DNA of 64,000 nt from positions 25,588 through 89,587 of the forward strand of contig CAIJNI010000085.1 in assembly GCA_903821995.1 (NCBI GenBank), read 5' to 3'. The DNA is from an uncultured beta proteobacterium (GTDB lineage: Bacteria > Pseudomonadota > Gammaproteobacteria > Burkholderiales > Burkholderiaceae). Positions 1-10,728 of this stretch are shown here, in pieces. The translations under genes and the position numbers were made by a program. The notes under the pieces are model-generated. The model was not told the origin of the DNA. It did no database searches and saw only the letters and a program-made list of their open reading frames with translations. The first letter of the stretch is position 1. Each line of letters begins with the position of its first letter.

Positions 1-2
1 CT

Positions 3-1715
3 GTTATTTTCCCTGAAATTTTCCCCTTGAATTTCCAATCAATGGGGCGGGTATCGATCTATTTTGAAGCTGCTGTAGTCATTATTACTTTGACATTACT
101 AGGTCAAGTCATGGAGCTTCGCGCTAGATCGCAGACTTCATTAGCGATTAAATCCTTGCTTAATTTGGCGCCTAAAATGGCACGAAGAATTACACAAGAC
201 GGTATTGAAGAAGATGTCGAAATCGATCATATTCATGTTGGCGATCTTTTGAGAGTAAGACCGGGAGAGAAAGTATCAGTAGACGGCATAGTGGTTGAAG
301 GAGGGAGCTTAATTGATGAGTCAATGATTACTGGCGAACCAATACCAGTCAATAAAAAGATTGGAGATTTTGTAATAGGATCCACCTTAAATACAACTGG
401 ATCAATAGTGATTAAGGCTAAGCATGTTGGTTTACAAACAATGTTATCGCAAATTATTCAACTAGTTTCAAAGGCACAGAGATCTAAAGCGCCAATGCAA
501 AAAATGGCTGATATTGTGGCAAAGTACTTTGTGGTGACAGTTGTTGCAGTTGCCTTGACCACCCTACTAGTGTGGGGCTTCTTGGGACCACAACCGAGTT
601 GGGTTTATGGGCTAATCAATGCTGTAGCTGTTTTAATTGTTGCTTGCCCCTGCGCGCTAGGCTTGGCTACACCAATGTCTATTATGGTTGCGTCAGGAGT
701 AGCTGCAAAGAAAGGGATTTTATTTCAAGACGCCGTAGCGATTGAAAAGTTACAAACTATAACCACTCTTCTCGTCGACAAAACAGGAACTTTGACTGAA
801 GGGCGGCCTATCTTTCAGGAAGTTATATTTTTACCAGGCTTTGATGAGGGGACGATTTTAAAACTAGCTGCTAGCTTAGATCAGGGAAGTGAGCATCCAT
901 TAGCAAGAGCAATTATTTCGGCGGCACAGGAGCGACATTTAGTGATGAGTCATGTGACTCAATTTAATTCTCATACTGGAATGGGAGTTAGTGGATATGT
1001 GGATAATCAATTTGTAACTTTAGGTAATGCCGCATTGATGTTTGAATTAAATGTTGATATACAAAATTTAGATCGACAAGCTGAAGAATTACGAAAAAAA
1101 GGTGCAAGTGTTATGTTTTTAGTGGTTGAGAAAAATCTTGCAGGCTTTATTGCTGTATCAGATCCAATTAAGAAATCAACATTTCAAGCAATTCAAGATT
1201 TACAACAGAGTGGACTTAATATTGTTGTTGTTTCAGGAGATGGGGTATCTACTGTAAAAGCAGTAGCAGATATTTTAGGGATTAGTGAATTTTATGGGGA
1301 GGTTAAACCAGAAGATAAACTTTCCTTAGTAGCGGAGTTTCAAGCAAAAGGACACATAGTCGCAATGGTGGGAGACGGGATCAATGATGCTCCGGCTTTA
1401 GCTAAAGCAGATATCGGCGTTGCTATGGGCACTGGCACTGATGTGGCTATGAATAGCGCTCAACTGACTTTGGTGAAAGGTGATTTGCGTGCGATTGCTG
1501 AGGCAATAAAAATATCTGTAAATACAGTTCGAAATATGAAACAAAACTTAGCTTTTGCTTTTTTATATAACGTAATTGGTATTCCTATTGCAGCAGGCGT
1601 TCTCTACCCAATGACTGGAACTTTACTTTCTCCAATGATTGCAGCTGTTGCAATGAGCTTTAGTTCAGCCTCTGTCATTATTAATGCTTTAAGACTGCAA
1701 AAGCAGGTGATATAA
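3..1715 (+). CDS. copA: Cu(I)-translocating P1B-type ATPase, 5'-truncated by the window edge
   Basis: Frame open from base 3 ([11 protein letters not shown]...YFEAAVV). Has TGEP, CPC in TM6, DKTGT phosphorylation site, SEHP, GDGIND, and YN plus MSFSS metal ligands typical of P1B-1 pumps. Confidence 0.92.
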   Translation, partial: VIFPEIFPLNFQSMGRVSIYFEAAVVIITLTLLGQVMELRARSQTSLAIKSLLNLAPKMARRITQDGIEEDVEIDHIHVGDLLRVRPGEKVSVDGIVVEGGSLIDESMITGEPIPVNKKIGDFVIGSTLNTTGSIVIKAKHVGLQTMLSQIIQLVSKAQRSKAPMQKMADIVAKYFVVTVVAVALTTLLVWGFLGPQPSWVYGLINAVAVLIVACPCALGLATPMSIMVASGVAAKKGILFQDAVAIEKLQTITTLLVDKTGTLTEGRPIFQEVIFLPGFDEGTILKLAASLDQGSEHPLARAIISAAQERHLVMSHVTQFNSHTGMGVSGYVDNQFVTLGNAALMFELNVDIQNLDRQAEELRKKGASVMFLVVEKNLAGFIAVSDPIKKSTFQAIQDLQQSGLNIVVVSGDGVSTVKAVADILGISEFYGEVKPEDKLSLVAEFQAKGHIVAMVGDGINDAPALAKADIGVAMGTGTDVAMNSAQLTLVKGDLRAIAEAIKISVNTVRNMKQNLAFAFLYNVIGIPIAAGVLYPMTGTLLSPMIAAVAMSFSSASVIINALRLQKQVI

Positions 1716-2011
1716 GTCATACCTTTTTAGTGAGGCTTTAATTAAAAATAATCAGTAAGTATTCCATCGCACAGAGTTGCTTATGAGTGGTAAGTTAATG
1801 TGTTTTTAAATTCCACGATTCTCCTTTTGTTAGGGGAATGGTCGATCCTCACGAAATCAGAGATTATCTTGATTAAGATAGGCTGTAGGGCATATATTGC
1901 GAGTGGTAACAGTTTAAATTTTTTATATAAAAGAATACCGCCTATAAAAAACCGAATTAATAACTATGTGTGTAAGATTAACATTAAAAATTAAATAAAC
2001 AAGGAGGCAAT

Positions 2012-2956
2012 ATGTCACGTACCAAGAAAATTAAGTTAAAGGGTCTATATCCTGCCCCATCAGTACCTTTTGATAAAAACCTTAAAATTATTAAGAAGGA
2101 TTTTTCTCAACACATCTCCTCTATGGGGAAAATTAAAGGAGTGGGTGGTATTGCTGTTAATGGGCACCAAGGTGAGATGCTTTCATTAAGCCCTGCGGAG
2201 AGGCAAAAAGTTATCGAAATTGCTAGAGACAACTTCCCAGCCAAGAAACTTGTTATTTCGGGTGTTGCTGCGCCATCTATTCCAGAGATGGTTCAACAAA
2301 TAAAGGAAGCTAAGAGTGCTGGCGCTGACGGTGTTTTAGTTATTCCCCCATTTGATTACATGCCTAGGAGAATCTTGGCCAGATCGTGGCATGCGCCAGT
2401 GTCTTTTTTCTCAGAGATAGCAGAAAAAGTGGATTTGCCATTAGTTATATTTCAATATCCGTATGCTTCAGGTAATTGGTACGATACCGAAACCATGGTG
2501 AGGTTAGCCGAGATTGATCAGGTTGTTGGCGTTAAACATGCAATACGGCATTTAGAGTTATATGCTGAGCAATATGAAGCTTTAAAAGGCAAAATATCGG
2601 TATTAGCGGCAAGAGATGCACCAGGACTACTTTCAAAAATGATGATTGGGGCAGATGGAGTTTGTATTGGCATTAGTAATATAGCGACTGAGCATTGGTC
2701 AAAATTTGTAGAACTTTGTTTAAATCATCAGTTTAATGAAGCACGTGAAGTGTTTATGTATCGATTAATGCCATTGATAACTCATGTATGGAGTGAGCGG
2801 GTTCCAAGGCGAGTTACTTATAGTGCCTCTACTAAAGAAGCTTTGGTTCAACTGGGCGTATTTAGTAGTGGTTTAGTAAAACCACCAGAGTTAAATGTAA
2901 ATGACAAAGAACGTCAAGAGATTCGACTTGGGTTGACCAAAGCAGGACTTTTATAA
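2012..2956 (+). CDS. Dihydrodipicolinate synthase (DapA/NanA)-family class I aldolase/lyase, non-canonical
   Basis: TIM-barrel family motifs GxxGE (here GHQGE), FQYP Tyr and VGVKH Schiff-base Lys; RBS GGAGG upstream. Confidence 0.8.
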   Translation: MSRTKKIKLKGLYPAPSVPFDKNLKIIKKDFSQHISSMGKIKGVGGIAVNGHQGEMLSLSPAERQKVIEIARDNFPAKKLVISGVAAPSIPEMVQQIKEAKSAGADGVLVIPPFDYMPRRILARSWHAPVSFFSEIAEKVDLPLVIFQYPYASGNWYDTETMVRLAEIDQVVGVKHAIRHLELYAEQYEALKGKISVLAARDAPGLLSKMMIGADGVCIGISNIATEHWSKFVELCLNHQFNEAREVFMYRLMPLITHVWSERVPRRVTYSASTKEALVQLGVFSSGLVKPPELNVNDKERQEIRLGLTKAGLL

Positions 2957-2983
2957 CCTAAAAATTAATGTGAAGGTTTAATC

Positions 2984-3943
2984 ATGAAGGAAATACGCCT
3001 AGTTTTATGTATGCTTGGTTTAATAATAGGATTTCAAAGTCAGGCCGAAAACAATTGGCCCAGCAAGCCTATAAAAATAATTGTGCCAATTGCTGCAGGT
3101 GGTGTGACGGATGCTATTGTTCGTAAAGCCTCTTTGGCTTTGTCGCAAAAATTAGGACAAGCTATAGTCGTTGAAAACCTTACTGGAGCAAATGGAATGA
3201 TAGGTGGAGAAGCTTGTGCAAGAGCTAATCCTGATGGGTATACTTTTTGTGTATTAAATACAGGTATAACTTCAATTAATCCATTGCTATATGAAAAGCA
3301 CCCATTTGATCCAATGAAAGCATTTGTACCCGTAGCAAATTTCTATTCATTAACTGGTGCAGTTGTGGTGTCGAAAAACTCTAAAATTAAAACCGTACGA
3401 GATTTTCAACTATTAGCAAAAAATAATCCTAATGATATTAATTTTGGCACTATTGGCCCTGGTTCATATCCTGAAATTTTTCTTTCTTGGTTAAATAGTT
3501 TTTGGAATGCCAAAATTATTGGTATTCCATATAAAGGTGGTGGGCCAGTATCTTTAGCTTTGCAAGCGGGAGAGGTTCAAATATCAGCTGCAGCTTTGGG
3601 TAATTTTTTAGGCCAAATCAAAAGTGGTCAATTAGATGTGATTGCGGTATCAAGCCAAAATAGATTAAAAATATTACCTCAAGTTCCTACTTATAAAGAG
3701 GTTGGCTTAGATGAATTTAAAGGCAAATTGTGGTGGGGGGTATTTGCTCCTATAGGCACTTCAGTTAGCGTGGTCAATCAATTGAATATGGAGATTAATC
3801 AACTGTTAAATACACCTCAATTTATAGAGTATCTTGAAAGTCAGGCTGCCGAGCCAGCTTTAGGAAATCCGGAAGAATTTTCGAAATATGTAAAATTAGA
3901 CAAAGAATGGACTGTTAACTTGATAGGCAGTATGAAAAAGTAA
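2984..3943 (+). CDS. Bug/TctC tripartite tricarboxylate transporter substrate-binding protein
   Basis: Signal peptide, WPSKPIKIIVPIAAGGVTD, VVEN..GA.G, PDGYT, PYKGG, W.G..AP.GT. Confidence 0.92.
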   Translation: MKEIRLVLCMLGLIIGFQSQAENNWPSKPIKIIVPIAAGGVTDAIVRKASLALSQKLGQAIVVENLTGANGMIGGEACARANPDGYTFCVLNTGITSINPLLYEKHPFDPMKAFVPVANFYSLTGAVVVSKNSKIKTVRDFQLLAKNNPNDINFGTIGPGSYPEIFLSWLNSFWNAKIIGIPYKGGGPVSLALQAGEVQISAAALGNFLGQIKSGQLDVIAVSSQNRLKILPQVPTYKEVGLDEFKGKLWWGVFAPIGTSVSVVNQLNMEINQLLNTPQFIEYLESQAAEPALGNPEEFSKYVKLDKEWTVNLIGSMKK

Positions 3944-4005
3944 GTTTCATTTCAATATGATGTGTAAATTAGTAGTAATGCGTTCATTTAAATAAGAAGA
4001 TAAAC

Positions 4006-5016
4006 ATGATTAGAGCTGCAATAATAGGGATGGGCCATTGGGGGCATAATTTAGTTCAACATATCCAGGGAAAGAGTGAATTAATTCAATTTGTTGCCGG
4101 AGCGACGCGGACTCCTTCTAAGGCGCAAGAGTTTGCTAAGGAGTTTAATTTAAGGCTGTTTGACAGTTTTGAAGCTGCTTTAGACAGTCCTGACATTGAT
4201 GCAGTTGTTTTAGCTACCCCCCACAGTGTTCATGCCGAACAAATTATTGCCGCAGCAAAAAAGGGCAAGCATATTTTTACTGAGAAGCCTTTGGGGTTAG
4301 ATACAAACAGTGCCCAAGAGGCGGCAAACATATGTATAAATTCTGGGGTAATTCTATCTGTAGGATACAACTGGCGTTTTCAACCAGCACTTCAAGAAAT
4401 TCATCGACTAGTTAATACTGGTGTTCTTGGGAAAATATTGCATATAGAAGGTAATTTTTGTGGACCAAGTGCCTATCGTTTTGGTGAAAACCATTGGCGA
4501 CAAAATAATTCTGAAGGTCCTGCAGGTGGAATGACGGGCCGCGGTGTTCATGTTTTGGATGCAATGATTTATTTATCAGGGCATATAGAGCAGGTCAGTG
4601 CGCAAAGTTTTCGTTTAGCGCAAAACTTTGGTAATGATGACACAACCTCAATGCTAATGCGTTTTAAAAACGGGTCTACTGCGTACTTGGGCACCGTTAT
4701 AGCGACTGCTGAAACTTGGCGGATGCAGATTCTTTGCGAGCATGGATGGGCTGAAGTGGGCGGTATAGAACACCTTAATACGTGGGATCTCAAAGTATGT
4801 CTTATTGACCGCACAAATGTAACCAATAAACAAAAGCCGTCTATTTATCAGTATCCACAAAGTAGTACAGAATTAGCAGAACTCAATAATTTTGCAAAAG
4901 CAATAGTAGATAAGATGATTCTGGTGCAACCTGATGGTGATGCTGTGCATAATGTGGCGGTTTTAGATGCAATTTTAAATTCTGCAAAATACAACACTGT
5001 TGTTAAGGTTCTTTAA
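4006..5016 (+). CDS. Gfo/Idh/MocA family oxidoreductase
   Basis: GMGHWG Rossmann motif, ATPHSVH, EKP motif, VGYNWRF, GVHVLD. Confidence 0.9.
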   Translation: MIRAAIIGMGHWGHNLVQHIQGKSELIQFVAGATRTPSKAQEFAKEFNLRLFDSFEAALDSPDIDAVVLATPHSVHAEQIIAAAKKGKHIFTEKPLGLDTNSAQEAANICINSGVILSVGYNWRFQPALQEIHRLVNTGVLGKILHIEGNFCGPSAYRFGENHWRQNNSEGPAGGMTGRGVHVLDAMIYLSGHIEQVSAQSFRLAQNFGNDDTTSMLMRFKNGSTAYLGTVIATAETWRMQILCEHGWAEVGGIEHLNTWDLKVCLIDRTNVTNKQKPSIYQYPQSSTELAELNNFAKAIVDKMILVQPDGDAVHNVAVLDAILNSAKYNTVVKVL

Positions 5017-5048
5017 TGAACTTGCACATTTCAAATCATTGAGGAGCT

Positions 5049-6029
5049 ATGATGAAATTTAAAACACCGAAGGGTGGATTACTGGCCGTATTAATTGGCA
5101 CCACTATTCTTATGTGTAATGTTGTTTTTGCTTCTGATTATCCAAATAAACCAATCAAGGTGATTGTGCCCTCTCCACCTGCAGGGCCTCCTGATCTTAT
5201 TTTGAGAATATTAGGGCCTAAGCTTTCCGCAAGTCTGGGGCAACCGATTGTGATTGAAAACAAACCTGGAGCTGGAGGCATGGTAGGAACTGCTTATCTT
5301 TCTCAACAATCACCAGATGGTTATTCCTGGCTATTTACAACAGCTTCTCATGTCAACATCCCGCCATTTAATGAAAATGTAAATTACGACCCAGTTAAAG
5401 ATTTCACTCATGTTACCCTTGTGGCGCAGAATTTTGGACAAGTATTAGTCGTTCGACCAGATTTAGGAGTTAATAACTTAGAGCAATTAATACAGTTTGC
5501 AAAAAAGAATCCAGGAAAGTTAACCTATGGGCATGCGGGGTTAGGTACAGCAAGTCACATACCCGCTGAATTATTAAAGTCGATGACAGGAACTGATATT
5601 TTAGCGGTGCCATTTAAAGGTGTCGCAGAGGCAACCAATGATGTCATCGCAGGCAGAGTAGATATCTTCTTTGTTGGTACTCAAATTGCTTTACAGCATG
5701 TTCAAGCTGGAAAATTAAAAGCTATCGCTATTACGGGTGGCAAACGATGGGATGGGATGCCAACAGTTCCGACGATGAATGAAGCTGGATTAAAAGGATT
5801 TGAAGTGGTTAACTGGTTTGGACTGTGGTTGCCAATCAAAGCCTCACCTGAGATCGTTAATAAAATATATAGTGAAGTAAAAGTGGCGTTACAAAGCCCT
5901 GATATCAAGCAACAGTTTGCGCAGTTAGGTCTAGAAGGGGTAGGTATGAAACCTGAAGATTTTGTCAAATATGTCACTAAAGAAGCCCTATCAGCTAAAG
6001 AAATAGCTCATAAAATCCCAAAGGAATAA
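5049..6029 (+). CDS. Bug/TctC substrate-binding protein
   Basis: [38 protein letters not shown]. Confidence 0.93.
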   Translation: MMKFKTPKGGLLAVLIGTTILMCNVVFASDYPNKPIKVIVPSPPAGPPDLILRILGPKLSASLGQPIVIENKPGAGGMVGTAYLSQQSPDGYSWLFTTASHVNIPPFNENVNYDPVKDFTHVTLVAQNFGQVLVVRPDLGVNNLEQLIQFAKKNPGKLTYGHAGLGTASHIPAELLKSMTGTDILAVPFKGVAEATNDVIAGRVDIFFVGTQIALQHVQAGKLKAIAITGGKRWDGMPTVPTMNEAGLKGFEVVNWFGLWLPIKASPEIVNKIYSEVKVALQSPDIKQQFAQLGLEGVGMKPEDFVKYVTKEALSAKEIAHKIPKE

Positions 6030-6031
6030 AA

Positions 6032-6928
6032 ATGAATAATCCACCTTTAGAGCCGTGGCAATGGCCAGAAGAAAAATGGCGCGAAGTTACTAATCATGTG
6101 CGTGCTGGTAAAAGATTAGCACCAAAAATTTGGCCCAATCAAGCAAGGTGTGCTGTGGCATTATCTTTTGACTCTGATCATGAAACCAATGATTTGAGAG
6201 ATGGTGGCGAATCAACAAGTAAGTTATCACAAGGGCAGTACGGAAATCTTCAAGGAGTACCTAGGATATTAAATATCCTCTCGAAATATGGTGTGCCAGC
6301 TAGTTTTTATGTGCCAGCTGTAACTGCTTTATTGCATCCTCAAGAGCAAGAGAGGATTATTTCTTTGGGGCATGAAATTGCATTGCATGGGTGGATTCAT
6401 GAAAGAAATTCTGTCCTGCCCTATGAGGCTGAGAGAGATTTAATGTTAAGAGCTTCCGACGTATTAACTAAGGTGACAGGAAAGCGACCTGTCGGTATTA
6501 GAACAGCCTCTTGGGACTTTAGTCCCAATACACTCACCTTTATTAAAGAGATGAATTTGCAATATGATTCATCCTTGATGGCTGATGTAGATTGTTATGA
6601 ACTCTTATTAGATGGAGTCGCTACTGGAATTGTAGAGTTGCCAGTTGAATGGATACGGGATGATGCGGTGTATTTTAATATGAACCGATTCTCAAGCCTA
6701 CGTCCACAAATTTCACCACAAGATGTGTTTGAAATTTTTTGGCGAGAATTTGAAGGTGCTTATGAAGAAGGCGGACTTTTTCAATTGACTATGCATCCTC
6801 ATATCATTGGGCATCGATCTAGAGCTTGGATCATTGACTCTTTGATTAAAAAAATTCAAGAGAAAGGTAATGTGTGGTTTGCCACGCATGCTGATATTGT
6901 TCAATATGTTAAAAGTAATTCGAACTAA
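6032..6928 (+). CDS. Polysaccharide deacetylase (NodB/CE4, PuuE-like) family hydrolase
   Basis: LSFDSD, ASFYVP, HEIALHGWIH metal motif, YDSSLM, LTMHPHIIG. Confidence 0.88.
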   Translation: MNNPPLEPWQWPEEKWREVTNHVRAGKRLAPKIWPNQARCAVALSFDSDHETNDLRDGGESTSKLSQGQYGNLQGVPRILNILSKYGVPASFYVPAVTALLHPQEQERIISLGHEIALHGWIHERNSVLPYEAERDLMLRASDVLTKVTGKRPVGIRTASWDFSPNTLTFIKEMNLQYDSSLMADVDCYELLLDGVATGIVELPVEWIRDDAVYFNMNRFSSLRPQISPQDVFEIFWREFEGAYEEGGLFQLTMHPHIIGHRSRAWIIDSLIKKIQEKGNVWFATHADIVQYVKSNSN

Positions 6929-8502
6929 TGGATAATTTTTCAAATTCACAAAGAGTGAGTAAGGTTGTTGTCCAGTCTAATAAAGGAGTTGTTGCTGCTC
7001 AGCATCGAAGAGCAGCTGAAGTAGGTGCTGCTATCCTGGAAAAAGGTGGTGATGCAGTTGATGCCGCCATTGCAACATCTTTTGCGTTGGGGGTGCTAGA
7101 ACCATGGATGAGTGGGATGGCAGCAGGGGGCTGTATGGTTTTATGGCGGAATGACCAAAAACAGGCGACAACAATTAATTTTGGGATGCGTTCACCAAAA
7201 GAAATAGATATAAAAAATTTTCCATTATCGGGAAAAGGAAAATCTTCTGATTTGTTTCCATGGCCCCATGTGATTGACGATCGAAACGTTCAAGGCGCAA
7301 CAGCAGTTGCTATACCAGGAGTTATAGCTGGAATGGACTTAGCTCATCAGAAATTTGGAAAACTGGCTTGGGCTGAACTTATAAATCCTGCCGCTAAGTT
7401 GGCAAATGATGGACTCTTAGTAGATTGGTACTCAACCCTATTAACAGCTTCTAACGCATCTGCTCTGGCAAAAGACCCGGATGCAGCTAGCTTATTTTTG
7501 GATGACGGTAAGTGGCCTATTTCTGGAGCATGGACGGCTTTATCAGAGAGGCATTTAGATCAAAAAATGCTTTCTAGAACTCTTGAGAAAATTGCTGCAG
7601 GTGGCGCACAAGTCTTTTATAAAGGAGATGTTGGGAGAGACTTAGTCAATGATATTAGAGCAAAGGGAGGTTATTTAAGTACAGATGACCTTGCAAGCTA
7701 TCAAGCAGAATTTGTCGACCCTATAGTTATCCCTTACCGTGGGGGTGAGATATTCGCAGTCGCAGGGTTAACGGGCGGTCCTACTTTTGAGAAAGCCCTT
7801 AGAGATCTAGGTCAAAATTTTAAAATGAGAGGACTGCGACCTGATTCCGAAGCCTATAAACACTATGCCTTAGCTTTACAAAGCGCATTTTCACAGCGAC
7901 TTGAAAGTATGGGGGATCATGAAGCTCCACATGCGCCCGGTTGTACCACTCATTTTAGTGTTGTTGACCGCCATGGCAATATGTGTTCTGTGACTCAAAC
8001 TTTGCTATCAATTTTTGGATCAAGGGTTGTCTCTCCAAGTACTGGAATATTGCTAAATAATGGGATGATGTGGTTTGACCCAGAGCCTGGTAAGCCTAAC
8101 TCTCTTGGCTCCAATAAACGCTGCCTTGCTAATTATTGCCCTGTTATTGGAAAGACTGCGAAGAATAAATACTTTGCTATTGGGGCGTCTGGCGGTAGGA
8201 AAATATTAGGATCTGTGATGCAACTCAGCTCATTCATGATGGATTATGACTTTAATTTAGAGCAAGCCTTTCATCAACCAAGGATTGATGTTAGTGGCGG
8301 AGATCAAGTTGTACTTGACAGCAACTTAGAACAAGATATTCTAGATGAGATGCAAAGCACAATGTCTACAACGCTTGCAAGAAGAAACGTCTTCCCATAT
8401 TCATTTGCCTGTCCTGCAGGAGTAATGAGGGATACTACGGGGATGAATTCAGGATGTACTGAGATTATGTCTCCATGGGGAGATGCAGTCCTAGAAAGAT
8501 AA
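6928..8502 (+). CDS. ggt: Gamma-glutamyltransferase (Ntn-hydrolase) family protein, no signal peptide
   Basis: GGDAVDAAIA, VAIPG, CTTHFSVVD autoprocessing Thr, LLNNGM, GASGG; 1-bp overlap with the upstream gene. Confidence 0.9.
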   Translation: MDNFSNSQRVSKVVVQSNKGVVAAQHRRAAEVGAAILEKGGDAVDAAIATSFALGVLEPWMSGMAAGGCMVLWRNDQKQATTINFGMRSPKEIDIKNFPLSGKGKSSDLFPWPHVIDDRNVQGATAVAIPGVIAGMDLAHQKFGKLAWAELINPAAKLANDGLLVDWYSTLLTASNASALAKDPDAASLFLDDGKWPISGAWTALSERHLDQKMLSRTLEKIAAGGAQVFYKGDVGRDLVNDIRAKGGYLSTDDLASYQAEFVDPIVIPYRGGEIFAVAGLTGGPTFEKALRDLGQNFKMRGLRPDSEAYKHYALALQSAFSQRLESMGDHEAPHAPGCTTHFSVVDRHGNMCSVTQTLLSIFGSRVVSPSTGILLNNGMMWFDPEPGKPNSLGSNKRCLANYCPVIGKTAKNKYFAIGASGGRKILGSVMQLSSFMMDYDFNLEQAFHQPRIDVSGGDQVVLDSNLEQDILDEMQSTMSTTLARRNVFPYSFACPAGVMRDTTGMNSGCTEIMSPWGDAVLER

Positions 8503-8567
8503 ACACATTAGATTGATTTAAAAAAAGATGGATTAATCCACAGGTAAATTTTAACGGAGATATTAGA

Positions 8568-9599
8568 ATGGCAAATTTCACTTCTCAAAGGCAAGTAAGA
8601 GATAGTTTTAGTAGTAAATTAACGATGATTATCGTCCTAAGTATATTAAGCTTTATTGGGTTCATCCCCTCGTCGCATTCTCAGGAGGTCTTTCCCAATA
8701 GGGCAGTTAATCTCATTGTGCCATTTGCCCCAGGCGGAATAAATGATTTGGTTGCGAGATTAATCGTTGAGTCCTTAACTGAGCAAATGAAACAACCCGT
8801 TGTTATCCTTAATAAGCCTGGTGCTGGGGGTGCAATAGGTACTGCCTTTGTTGCGAAAGGCGCTACCGATGGGTACAACATTGTTATTGTTAACAGTGGC
8901 AATGTGACATATCCAGAAGCTGAGCGTTTAGCAGGTCATAAGCCTTTGTATGAAATGTCTCAACTTGAACCTATAGCGCTTTTAACGAATGATCCGGGAT
9001 ACGTTGTTGTTAGATCGGATTCCCCTTATAAAAGTTTTGCAGATTTAATGAAGACTGCAAAATTAAAGCCTAGCTCTATTGATTACTCATCTGCTGGAAA
9101 TTTAACTCCAGTTAACCTTTTCTTTGAAATGCTTGGTGATGAAATACATTCCTCGTTTACTCAAATTCAGTATAAAAGTGCGGGTTTAGCAGCAATGGCT
9201 TTATTGAGCGCTGAAGTCCAAGCATCATTTTTAAATCCTGGGACATTAAGTGGACAGTTAAGCTCAGGAAAGTTGCGTGTTTTGGCTGTCAGTTCCGATA
9301 AAAGGAGTGAGTTAGTGCCTGATGCACCAACTTTGCGAGAGCTCGGGTATGATATTAATTACACAATATACACAGGTCTATATGTCGCTGCTGGTACGCC
9401 AGAAGGTATTGTTAAAAAAATAAGATTAGCAGTTCAAAATGCAGCAAAGTCTGAAAAATTAATAACAGCAATGAAGCTTGGAAATTTTCAATTAGATTAT
9501 CGTGATGGCCTAGAATTTAAAAAATATGTGGATGAAAGTTCCGTAAGTGTTGTAAAAATTCTTAAAAAGATTGTAAAAGTTGATACTGAAAAGAAGTAA
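8568..9599 (+). CDS. Bug/TctC substrate-binding protein
   Basis: FPNRAVNLIVPFAPGG..D, NKPGAGG, DGY, PDAPTL.ELG. Confidence 0.9.
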   Translation: MANFTSQRQVRDSFSSKLTMIIVLSILSFIGFIPSSHSQEVFPNRAVNLIVPFAPGGINDLVARLIVESLTEQMKQPVVILNKPGAGGAIGTAFVAKGATDGYNIVIVNSGNVTYPEAERLAGHKPLYEMSQLEPIALLTNDPGYVVVRSDSPYKSFADLMKTAKLKPSSIDYSSAGNLTPVNLFFEMLGDEIHSSFTQIQYKSAGLAAMALLSAEVQASFLNPGTLSGQLSSGKLRVLAVSSDKRSELVPDAPTLRELGYDINYTIYTGLYVAAGTPEGIVKKIRLAVQNAAKSEKLITAMKLGNFQLDYRDGLEFKKYVDESSVSVVKILKKIVKVDTEKK

Positions 9600-9684
9600 A
9601 AATTACAGAGCAAAGAATTTCTTATTAAGAAATTAACACTCTATAGTTGTCAGTATATTTTTAAGTTAAAAAAGGAGGACTGGT

Positions 9685-10728
9685 ATGGGATACAAACGAT
9701 TAAAAAGATTGATTTTGACTTCATTGATCGGTGTTATAAGTATTTTTATCACCCCTTTAGCATTTTCTCAAAACGCTAATCTAGAAAAAACAAAAATAAG
9801 TATTGCAGTAGGAGGTAAAAATTTATTTTATTATTTACCTCTAACAATTGCTGAGCGTTTGGGATACTTTAAGGACGAGGGACTGGATGTTGAAATTTCA
9901 GACTTTCCTGGTGGAGCAAAAGCCCTACAGGCTTTGGTTGGGGGAAGTGCTGATGTGGTATCGGGCGCCTACGAGCATACGATTAATATGCAAGTAAAGG
10001 GACAGCACATTGTTGCATTTGTTCTCCAAGGCAGAGCGCCTCAAATAGCATTTGGTGTGTCTAATACAACAATGCCAAACTACAAATCAATCGCTGATCT
10101 AAAGGGTAAAAAAATTGGAGTAACAGCACCTGGCTCCTCCACTAATATGATGGCTAATTTTGTTTTAGCAAAGGGTGGGCTTAAACCTAGCGATGTATCC
10201 TTTGTAGGCGTAGGAACAAGCTCTGGAGCAATTGCTGCGATGCGTTTGGGGCAAATCGATGCGATGGCTAATTTAGATCCCGTGATTACAATGCTGAGTC
10301 AGAAGAATGATATAAAAATTTTAGTAGATACGAGGACGATGAAAGATACAAAGGCTTTGTATGGCGGAAATATGCCGGCAGCAGTCTTGTATACTCAGTC
10401 TGCATTTATTGAGAATAACCCAAATACAACCCAAGCTTTAGCAAATGCAATGGTAAGAGCGCTAAAGTGGCTTCAAATAGCAACGCCTTCAGATCTGATT
10501 AAGACAGTTCCAGAAAATTATCTCTTGGGTGATCGAGCTTTATATCTTGCTGCATGGATGGGGGTTCGTGAAGCAATCTCTCCAGACGGAATTATTCCTA
10601 AAGATGGACCAGTTACTGCGCTGAATATGCTATCTCAATTTGAAAAAGATTTGGCTGGGAAAAAAGTAGATTTGACACAAACCTATACAAATAATTTTGC
10701 ACAAAAGGCAAATATTAAATATAAATAA
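9685..10728 (+). CDS. ABC transporter substrate-binding protein, NMT1/SsuA/TauA family
   Basis: YLPLTIAE.LGYFKDEGLDVE, GG.AL.AL.GG, LKGKKIGVTAPGSST; operon with a NitT/TauT ATPase and permease. Confidence 0.9.
   Translation: MGYKRLKRLILTSLIGVISIFITPLAFSQNANLEKTKISIAVGGKNLFYYLPLTIAERLGYFKDEGLDVEISDFPGGAKALQALVGGSADVVSGAYEHTINMQVKGQHIVAFVLQGRAPQIAFGVSNTTMPNYKSIADLKGKKIGVTAPGSSTNMMANFVLAKGGLKPSDVSFVGVGTSSGAIAAMRLGQIDAMANLDPVITMLSQKNDIKILVDTRTMKDTKALYGGNMPAAVLYTQSAFIENNPNTTQALANAMVRALKWLQIATPSDLIKTVPENYLLGDRALYLAAWMGVREAISPDGIIPKDGPVTALNMLSQFEKDLAGKKVDLTQTYTNNFAQKANIKYK

Noticed and set aside
1800-1994. 64-aa ORF between copA and the DapA-like gene
   Set aside because: No motif, AT-rich promoter-like sequence, and no clear RBS; probably spurious.
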